Positions 55,010 to 63,500 of a DNA stretch of 64,000 nucleotides are shown here, one piece after another. This DNA comes from an uncultured Bacteroidota bacterium. Its GTDB lineage: Bacteria; Bacteroidota; Bacteroidia; Bacteroidales; 4484-276. The translations under genes and the position numbers were made by a program. The stretch's first letter is position 1. Every line of letters begins with the position of its first letter. The stretch lies in NCBI GenBank assembly GCA_937950125.1, contig CALFEP010000082.1:39446-103445 (forward strand), written 5' to 3'. The notes under the pieces are model-generated. The model was not told the origin of the DNA and did no database searches. It saw nothing but the letters and a program-made list of their open reading frames with translations.

Positions 55010-57805
55010 TTATTTTCTCTTAAACAATGCCATCAATTTACGCAGCGGCTTTGTAATTTTCCACGATCTGCTTAGCAACACTTCATCAAGTATTTGAGCT
55101 GTTGTGGTCAATCCGGCAATTTGTTCGTCCTTTTCCCGTAAGGTTTTTTTAAGAAAATCAATATTATCCTGAATTACATTGGTTTGGCTTTCGTAAGAGG
55201 GGGCAGCAGGCTGATTGATCTCAATAAATGTCACATTAGGAAAAACATCCTTCATCGAATAAGTATAAACAGCCTTTATTTTGTAATAATTGTTTGGGTA
55301 CAAAACAACTTTTTTACCTAAAATACCAGCCAGAATGGCAATGTGAAGCCGGTCGGTTTTTACGGTTTCAAAAGCGCTCAGGTAACAGGCCAGGCTGTGG
55401 GTTACGTTTTTGGCAAAATCGGGGCGGTGCCAGAGTTCGCCATTCCACGAAAGCGAAATATCCACATTGTCAGCAGGAATAACAAACAAACCTGTACTCT
55501 CCATATCTGTCCGGAAACAGTTGGCAACACCTAAACCTTTTTGATGAAAATCCTGAAATTCGGTTTCCGGCAGCAGAAAAGCCATGTCGTGGGCAAGAAA
55601 CAGCCGTTCGGGCGGAAATCCTGCTGCAGCCAGATATTGGTAACTGATTTTTTCCCGGCAAATGATGGTCAGGTTTTTGGCCGAAAGCAACAAATCATCA
55701 TATCCGTGAACCGTGTGTGGCAACAGAATAATCTCCCGGTTTTGCCGGTAATTGTTATTGATGAAGTGAAAAGCATGCCTGTACTTTCCCTCAACCAGGT
55801 TACCCCCTCCACTGTAGAAAACAACTTTGTCCTTCACCACATCTTTGTACCCGATTACCTGAGGCCTGATGTTCAATTTTTCAAACAACTGAAAGGTAGC
55901 ATGTGCCATTATTGCATCACCTGCATTTCCCGGGTTGGCGCAATAAACAACTTCTTGTCCCGGGTATTTTTTCAGAAAATCCTCAATTATTATCTCGTTG
56001 TAGTTGAATAAATCTTTGGAATTTCCATCCATGACGGACTTTTCAGCATTTATCCTGGTAATTTTTAACGAACCGTTTGAACCATCTGCAACAAAATGAC
56101 CATTTACCTGTAACAGAAACTCATCGGTTGCCATTCTGCACCCTTCCCAATCGAAGTAATCGTCAACAATGATACTTCCGCCAGTTGACAATTTTGGAAA
56201 GATAGTTTGAAGGCAGAAAGCAACAGAATCGTACCAGTCAACATCAATGTGGGCGAAAGCGACAGGCTCATCTATTTGCATTGTGGCCCGGATAAGCCCT
56301 TTGACCAACGAAACGGAGTGCGTTTTTGGATCGATGCCAAAGGTGCTGAAATTCGATTGCACAACTTCCAGCAGGTTATCAACATATCCGTAATATTTAT
56401 CCCCGCCAATTCCATTCGATTTTCCATCCGAAATAATATTGTAACGACGGTGAACCTCTTCGGGGTCATTATCTGATGGTGGAGGTATCATCCCAAAAAC
56501 ATCATAGATGAAAAGCTTTCGATGCCGGTTCTTAACAGAAGCAATCAGTATTGATGACCCGCCAAGTGCACAACCCGCTTCAATAAACACACCTGGAATT
56601 TCTGCTTTTTCTATTTCGGAACACGTTGAAGCAATACTTTGAAGCCGTTTTCCGGAAAGATAGGTGAGATTCCGGTCATGTATTTTATTAATAAGCACTT
56701 CTATATTTTCTTTCGAGATTATTTTGGTACGGATGCCGTATTGTTGAGATTTCATTTCATTTAAAAATCGTATGACAGTATTTCTGTCTGCTGTTGGCAG
56801 ATTTGGGATAACACCATCAATAAAATCAAGCGTTTCGCTGCTCCAGACCAAAAAATCGGGTTTTAAATCCTCATTCAAAAAACTGTACTCAGGTAGCGAA
56901 AACTCCCTGCAAAGCCAATTCACATCTTCAGCGTATGCCTGCCAAACTTTACCACTCAGGCCTATTGGGAGCATGAATTTTTGTCCGGGCATTCCTTCAA
57001 AAAGTGTGTTCAATGCTATCATTCTTTCGGGATGTAGTTCATAACCCGATGTTTGCGGAAAGGTTTGGTTGATTGCATTGAGCAGAAGCACAGTTTCGTA
57101 CGTTCTGGTTTGATTGTCCCTAAAAATTTCAGGTTTGATATTTTCGGGTAAACTGCCATCGACCATCTCCAGCAAAGCGCCAGCCGGGCCAAACTTATGA
57201 AGAACAAGATCTTCGTACTTAAGCACAGTAATGTTTTCGCGACCAAAAACCCCTGAAAGCTGATTAAGCAGATTCCGGTACAAACCAGAGCGGCTAAGAT
57301 GGTAATCAGTTGCTTTTCCCATGGTCATACCAAAGTTGCAAATGCTGGCCTGCAGAGCACTCCTGAAGCGTGATACAGGATGCCGGCAAACCATGACAAT
57401 CATGATATTTGCATCGCGGGAGGTGTTTTCTAACAAAAAAGATTTCAGGTTTTCAAGTTCATGTTTGTTAAGATGAGAAATATCTTCTCCCGAAATGATC
57501 AGTGTTTCACCTTCAAAAGCTGATAATTGCTCTTCCATTTGAATGTGATAATTCTGATGAAGCTGCTGGATTGCCTGTGGGGTCGTAAAATCCTGGCTGA
57601 CATTGAAATGGTAAGTTTCGGGCTTTAGCATAAAAAGGCTGTAAAAAGGGATGGAATGGTTGCTGATGGCCGTATTGCCGACTTTGAACACGGGATATAA
57701 AACACCTTCTTCCATTAGTTTGACCCGCTCCCGGTGCAACGTGTTTTGTATGGTGGTGGAAGCGGTTTTATGCACCCCGATGTGGAGTAAAATGGTTTTA
57801 ATCAT
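55010..57805 (-). CDS. 931-aa tri-functional decoration enzyme: sulfotransferase-like domain + TylF-type O-methyltransferase + polysaccharide pyruvyl transferase + coiled-coil tail
   Basis: aa 1-310: 'LLHIGVHKTASTTIQ' and 'VMVCRHPVSRFRSA'. aa 365-585: 'GVFIEAGCALGGSS...HIDVDWYDSVAFCLQTIFPKLSTGGSIIVDDYFDWEGC' (TylF pattern). aa 600-860: 'YCANPGNAGDAIM...TDRLHIAILAGILGKKVVLYPNNYYK' (pyruvyl-transferase pattern). Tail: 'LSRSWKITKPLRKL'. Confidence 0.8.
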   Translation of the reverse strand: MIKTILLHIGVHKTASTTIQNTLHRERVKLMEEGVLYPVFKVGNTAISNHSIPFYSLFMLKPETYHFNVSQDFTTPQAIQQLHQNYHIQMEEQLSAFEGETLIISGEDISHLNKHELENLKSFLLENTSRDANIMIVMVCRHPVSRFRSALQASICNFGMTMGKATDYHLSRSGLYRNLLNQLSGVFGRENITVLKYEDLVLHKFGPAGALLEMVDGSLPENIKPEIFRDNQTRTYETVLLLNAINQTFPQTSGYELHPERMIALNTLFEGMPGQKFMLPIGLSGKVWQAYAEDVNWLCREFSLPEYSFLNEDLKPDFLVWSSETLDFIDGVIPNLPTADRNTVIRFLNEMKSQQYGIRTKIISKENIEVLINKIHDRNLTYLSGKRLQSIASTCSEIEKAEIPGVFIEAGCALGGSSILIASVKNRHRKLFIYDVFGMIPPPSDNDPEEVHRRYNIISDGKSNGIGGDKYYGYVDNLLEVVQSNFSTFGIDPKTHSVSLVKGLIRATMQIDEPVAFAHIDVDWYDSVAFCLQTIFPKLSTGGSIIVDDYFDWEGCRMATDEFLLQVNGHFVADGSNGSLKITRINAEKSVMDGNSKDLFNYNEIIIEDFLKKYPGQEVVYCANPGNAGDAIMAHATFQLFEKLNIRPQVIGYKDVVKDKVVFYSGGGNLVEGKYRHAFHFINNNYRQNREIILLPHTVHGYDDLLLSAKNLTIICREKISYQYLAAAGFPPERLFLAHDMAFLLPETEFQDFHQKGLGVANCFRTDMESTGLFVIPADNVDISLSWNGELWHRPDFAKNVTHSLACYLSAFETVKTDRLHIAILAGILGKKVVLYPNNYYKIKAVYTYSMKDVFPNVTFIEINQPAAPSYESQTNVIQDNIDFLKKTLREKDEQIAGLTTTAQILDEVLLSRSWKITKPLRKLMALFKRK

Positions 57806-57810
57806 TGGAT

Positions 57811-58710
57811 TCAGTTACCCTGATTTAAGACATTTCTGTTTTGATACTCAAGCCTGTGCGCCTGCAGCCAACTCCAAAAGCTCATTTTCCATTGGCTGCC
57901 CAGGAAAAGGTTAAACTCATGGTCGCTGGTTGGCCGGTTATCCTGCCCGCCGTTGGGGTAAATGGTTATTTCCGACAGGTAAAATTGCTGTCGGTCGGCA
58001 AAAAAATCAATCCTCAAAAAGTCAAAATCCCTTCCTAACCTTCCTGCAGCTTCAATCATTTCAGGGAGGAATGGAGGTTTTTCAGGAATTGTAGCTGGTT
58101 CTTTTTCAAAATTGTTTTTCAGATTGAATTTATTCCAGTGCGCATCAAAATACACATTTTCATTGTTTTTGCGCATCGATGATGAGCCAATGCTGATGGC
58201 TGCCACCCTCCCCCTGAAAGTAAAAAGCCTGTAATCCAATATTTCTTTCCCAGGCTCAGGTTCAATGAGTTTTTCCACAAAAACTGCCGGCGGGATATTA
58301 TTGTAAGCCCATTCGATGGGGCGGTATCTGGTTTGCAACCATAAGTGGCAGATGTCGATAACCTCGTTGGGCTTGAGTTTTTTCAGCGCCTTGTTTTCAA
58401 ATTCATAAAAACCGCTGCTGGCAACACAATTTTCGCCATTAAAAAAGTCATAAAACTGCATCCCATATTTCAGGATATTCCAGTTGCAGCCATGGTTGGC
58501 TTTGATGAAACATTTTTCGGGCAAATCGCCGAAAGGAATGGTTTCGGGGTTTTGAGTTACAAAAATCACCTCTGCCGATTTTACTCCCTTTTCTGCAGCA
58601 TATTTCTTAACAGCCAGTTTATCCTGCATCATTGTAAACAGCGGATTGTGGTCGTTTTTCATGCGCCAGCGGATTTTGGCGGCCAGAGTGAGTTTGTTGA
58701 ACAATGCCAT
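57811..58710 (-). CDS. TupA-like ATP-grasp amidoligase
   Basis: 'LAAKIRWRMKNDHNPLFTMMQDKLAVKKYAAEKGVKSAEVIFVT' and the overall 299-aa layout match the TupA-like ATP-grasp family, from memory. Confidence 0.65.
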   Translation of the reverse strand: MALFNKLTLAAKIRWRMKNDHNPLFTMMQDKLAVKKYAAEKGVKSAEVIFVTQNPETIPFGDLPEKCFIKANHGCNWNILKYGMQFYDFFNGENCVASSGFYEFENKALKKLKPNEVIDICHLWLQTRYRPIEWAYNNIPPAVFVEKLIEPEPGKEILDYRLFTFRGRVAAISIGSSSMRKNNENVYFDAHWNKFNLKNNFEKEPATIPEKPPFLPEMIEAAGRLGRDFDFLRIDFFADRQQFYLSEITIYPNGGQDNRPTSDHEFNLFLGSQWKMSFWSWLQAHRLEYQNRNVLNQGN

Positions 58711-58716
58711 TACAAT

Positions 58717-59367
58717 TTATGGGGGACTAAATTTAAATAGTTCATAATCAGTTGCAACTTCCAACAAATCGACATTTGGCCTGATATTAAACACAGCCAA
58801 AGTATCTGCTTTTTCAATTTCGGAAAGATATTTCAGCACTTCATGATAGCGTGGCCGGTTGTAAAAATCGTGGAATAGAATTTTTAAACCGGAATTTTTG
58901 TGGCAATGCAAAATTGTTTGTAAAACACTTGCAACCCTGAAACGGCCATCGATCAGCACACAATCAACTTTGGAAACATCAATTTTTTTGAAAATACCCG
59001 AAGAATAGTCGGGGAAAGAAAGCTTATGTTGTGTGTCAACAGGATAGCCCCATTCTTTGGTATTGCCAATATTTGCATAATAAATTGAAAGCCGTTTCAG
59101 TAAATGGAACCGGATAAACCAGTATTTTTTTAGTTTTCTGATCCATTCGAAATCCGATTCAACACTGTAAACCTTTGCTTTTGTGTTAGATAAGGCCAAA
59201 AATGTACTTCCACCCATTCCAAATTCCAGGTAGTAACCGGACTTTTTGATGTGCCTGACAAAAAGTTCACTTTCAACAGGCTTCATGAGCGCTTTTACAT
59301 CAGGTTTGTATGAAAATCTAACAGGTAAATGCATAACTTTTACATCAGTAAAAAAATGGTTCTGCAA
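58717..59367 (-). CDS. Putative SAM-dependent methyltransferase (small Rossmann-fold, DUF579/TylF-like)
   Basis: 'YYLEFGMGGSTFLALSNTKAKVYSVESDFEWI' and 'VDCVLIDGRFRVASVL'. The track start is a TTG; an ATG at 59334 is an alternative. Confidence 0.55.
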   Translation of the reverse strand: MQNHFFTDVKVMHLPVRFSYKPDVKALMKPVESELFVRHIKKSGYYLEFGMGGSTFLALSNTKAKVYSVESDFEWIRKLKKYWFIRFHLLKRLSIYYANIGNTKEWGYPVDTQHKLSFPDYSSGIFKKIDVSKVDCVLIDGRFRVASVLQTILHCHKNSGLKILFHDFYNRPRYHEVLKYLSEIEKADTLAVFNIRPNVDLLEVATDYELFKFSPP

Positions 59368-59525
59368 ATGGGGTAATCGTATTTCAGCATCGATAGGATG
59401 CTAATACTGGCCTTCTGACCCATCACAAAAACCAATTTGGAAATCCTCATGAAGCTCTTTATTTCCGTGGTTAGTATTTTGAACCTGATGAAAATGTTTA
59501 AATGTCCTGCTGGTCAGGATAACTT

Positions 59526-59720
59526 TTAGATAATAGTCCTGATTTGGGGAAGTGGACTGGTCAGATAACATGAATTAGAATCCATGATCTTTCTTATCAT
59601 TTCATTTGCATGGTTGAATTGATTCGCAATAGCCCGGGTTTGAATTCCGATTTCATGTGTTGACTTCTCAAGTTCAGCGATTTTTTGATTTTCGGTGACG
59701 CATTTCCTATTTTCCAGCAT
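59526..59720 (-). pseudogene. Remnant of a coiled-coil 'S.SW.IT.PLR'-type C-terminal tail
   Basis: 'ENQKIAELEKSTHEIGIQTRAIANQF...IMDSNSCYLTSPLPQIR' resembles the tails of the 931-aa protein (LSRSWKITKPLRKL) and of the first module of the 997-aa protein. No catalytic domain is attached. Confidence 0.3.
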
Positions 59721-59907
59721 GATTCGTTGATCATAACCGGCAAGAAAAAAATGAAGTTGCCATACTTTTCATCATCCGGCAGGTTTCGCCACAAGTAGTA
59801 AAGGATTTATCTGAAAGTCACAGATTCCTCACAAACCGCATGTACACCAGATGAATTGGAAATATGATAAATACCCGTGATTTCATCATGATGACAGAAT
59901 GTTGTTT

Positions 59908-60144
59908 TCATCGCTGTCGTATGAGAAAATCCCAATCTTCAAAGACATCGGACTGCTCGTCAAACCGGCATTTCAGCCTGATTAATTCACTCTGAAACAG
60001 CAATGCATGAATTGGAATAAATTTTTCAACCAACATTCTTTCAAAGATGAACCCTTCATTGTATAATTTTTTCAGATCACCGCTCAGGTTCAACGCTTTA
60101 ATCGCAAGATAGGCCACAAATGCGACGTGGTTTGGCGGGCTTGC
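59908..60144 (-). pseudogene. Remnant of the C-terminal part of a GT2 glycosyltransferase
   Basis: '...IHALLFQSELIRLKCRFDEQSDVFEDWDFLIRQR' looks like the GT2 '...FDE...(E/D)D.D(F/L)..R' block. The frame is closed by TAG just upstream, and there is no DxD or N-terminal half. Confidence 0.35.
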
Positions 60145-60531
60145 CTACCAAACCAACCCTTCATCCAGGTGATTCTTCGGTTAATCCGATGGTGTCCTGA
60201 AAGTGAAGCGCTTCGGGGCGACTGAATAATTACCTGGTATTTGAAATACAGTTGTTTACAAAAACTTGTCGATGGTATCGAAGTGAGGAATCAACCCAAA
60301 AACTGTCGTTGGCTCAAGGAATTTTGCGAATGAATCAGGTTCAAATTATTCCAGTGGGCTGGTTAACCATTTCATCCTGAAATAATGCTTATGTTGCTTT
60401 ACCCCTTCTAAAACAACATAAGAAAATGATTTTCTACTTCCCGCCCGGCAGTTCGACCTTGGGCAAAGTTAATTTATGGCTGGGGTTGTTTTTGTTGGCC
60501 TGAATGATCAGTCATAGGCTGGACATTTGTT

Positions 60532-63500
60532 TTAGGATTGAACCATCGAAAACAATTCGATTCGGTGGATAAAAAAGCGCAATGGGTCTTCAGGCAGAAA
60601 TTTCAGTATTGCAGAGCGGGCTTCTAAGCCCATCTTTTCCCACTCTTCTCTTCTTTGCCAGGCTCTTTCCAGCGCTTCATCAAGCGCCTCAACGCCTGGC
60701 TTTGCGGCAATAAAACCCGAAACATTATCGCTGATGACTTCGGTATGCGAGCCTATGTCGGTGGCTATGGAAACCCTGGCACAAAGCATGGCCGACATCA
60801 ATACTATGGGCAGCCCTTCCATATACGATGGTAAAAATATGGCGTGGTTTTGCGCCCACACCTCCGTCAAATCATTGGCAAATCCGCAAAAAGTAACATT
60901 GGTGAGATATCGGTCGTAAACCTGCCTTTTAAGTTCATCCTCGTCCTGACCTTTGCCATAAATATTGAGGTGAACTGGCCGTACCCTCCATTTTTGTTTT
61001 GCAAAGAGTTCGATGGCTAATTGTTGCCCTTTGTGAATATTATGCAAATTGCCAACAATGGCAATTTGAAGTTTTTCGCCTGATTTTGGGTACGGAATGT
61101 TAATATTGCGTTCAGTGCCGGTTGGGTTGTAAAATATTCCTGAATTTGTGATTGGATGTCCAAGCCTTTTTTCCATCACCCTAAGGTTATTTTTTCCCGT
61201 AAAAAGAACGATTTCAGCTCCTTCCTGTCCTTTGATGAGTTTCGGCACAAGCTGTTCGTTCACTGGCCAATACATGGGTTCTTTGGTAAGTTGGTTAACA
61301 ATAACATAAGGAATTTTTGAAGCACTGCATTGCTGATACCATTCGGTACCTTCGTCCTGATCGCCGATTGAAATTATCATCAGGCTTGGGTTGAATTCTA
61401 CGATTTGGCTGAATTCGAAATAATTTTTAAACAATACTAAAATGCCGGCTTTCCTCAAATCATCAATAAAATCAGGCTCGGGTTCCCACTTTTTAATCAC
61501 CACAATTACTTCATCGCCCCTTTCCTTTGTTTCGAGTGCTGCCTGAATCCAAAGTTTTTCGCTTCCACCCATCGAAGCCCCGTCGTTAGTAGTCAGAAAC
61601 ACCCATCGCTTCTGCTTTGCCTCCGCTTTGGCAGTCAGTTCTTTAATCTTATTATTGATGACATCATAAGGATAGTATTTGTTAAATTCATCCTCTTTCA
61701 TTGTAGGGTAAAAAGCTCCTATTTGCTCATGGATGTGAAATTTCCATTTTTCAGCAAATTGCGGGTTTAGCTCATACAGATCCAGAACCCTTGCGTGAAT
61801 TTTAGCTGCTTCCTGTAGAAGGGTAAGCTTTTTTTGTTCATCACTGTTGAACTGCGTGGTGAGGGTTTGGCGGTGGCGTCGGTGAAAGTTGAGTTTTTCA
61901 TGGCAATAGGCTATTTGCCGGCCTTTTAATAATTCGATATAAAAAAGCCAGTCGCCGGAAAATTTGAACGCCTCAAGTTTAATGAAGATGTCGGGCGGTA
62001 TGGCTTCTTTTCTAAAAATCACGCTGCTTACATTCAGGATGGAATTTTTGACACCCAACCCAAAGTTTATTTCCTGCGTGCTTTTCACCCTGTAATTGTA
62101 TTTCCAGTGGTTAAAATCGAGTTTTCGATGATAATCGGTGTAGTCGCCGGTAATGTTATCGTTTTCATCAATAATATTGGAGTTGCAGTGCGCCAAAGCC
62201 ACCTCGGGATGATTGAAAAACGGCAACATCAGTGCAAGAAAATCAGGAGCAGAAAAATCGTCGCTTTCGGCAATCCATATTATTTCACCTTTAGCCGCCG
62301 TAATTCCCTTTTGCCATTGCCGAAATGGCGAACCACTGTTAACCTTGTTTAAAACAACCGATGTATTTGGTTTCGACCTGTATTTTTCGATGATTGCCAA
62401 ACTATCATCTGTGGAAGCATCATCCAAAATAATCACTTCAAATTCTTTGAATGTCTGGTTGTAAATTGATGATAACCTTTCATCGAGAAACGGTGCATAA
62501 TTATAATTTGGCACAATTACCGAAACTACAGGATGAAAATTGCCTACCCGCAGGCATTTGGTCAAAATTTTGGGCGCCGAAATATCCATGGTATAGCCCG
62601 ACAGAAATTTTTCCCTGGCTTTTGCACCAAGTCCGATTCTATGGTGCAGATGGGTTTTAAGAAATACCATTTTTTCAGCCGCAACATTCACATCTTCAAA
62701 GGGTACCACGAAGCCTGCATCATTTGCAACAAAATCGGGCATTCCGCCCGAATTTTCAAAACAAATTATTGGAATGCTGCATTGTGCCGCTTCGAGGCAA
62801 ACAAGCGGGAAAGGATCTTCTCTTGACGACAGAAAGAAAATATCGCCGGAAAGAAAATATTCATAAAAATTCTCCCGCGTACTGAGAAAAGTAATATGAT
62901 TTTTAACCTGTTGGACGACAATTTTTTGCTCCAGTTCGTCCCAGGTGCAGATATTATGAATACTCCGATCAACCTCCCAATAATTATCACCAATCCAGAT
63001 AAAGTGAAAATCGGTCATTCCTTTTTGCTTTAAAACTATGGCAGTTTCAATAAAAAGGTCAACCCCTTTTCGCCAGGTGATGCTTCCGGCGCCAAAAACC
63101 AGCATGCCATCTTGTGGCAGTCCAAGTTTTTTGCGAAGCTCATTTTTGGAACTATTAAAATTCAAATCTCTTATTTCGATAAAATCGGGCACCATTTCTA
63201 TTTTGCCAGGCGCAATCCCATGATTCTTTATCAAATTTTCGGCAACTTGATTTGAAGCAACCATAAATAGCGCCGTGAAATGCCGCATATTTTTAATTGC
63301 AGCGGTCGATTCATACAGCCTGATGGTATTTTCGAGTTCGTGAACATGCGTAATCACAGGGACATTCAGGTAACTCAATTCATCGTAAATGAAGGAAGAA
63401 ACCATGGTATTTCCATAAACCAGGTCAATTTTGCCAACAAATTCGCGAATTGTAGCTGAAAAATTTTCCTTTGTTGGAGAATATTTTTTACACTCATCCC

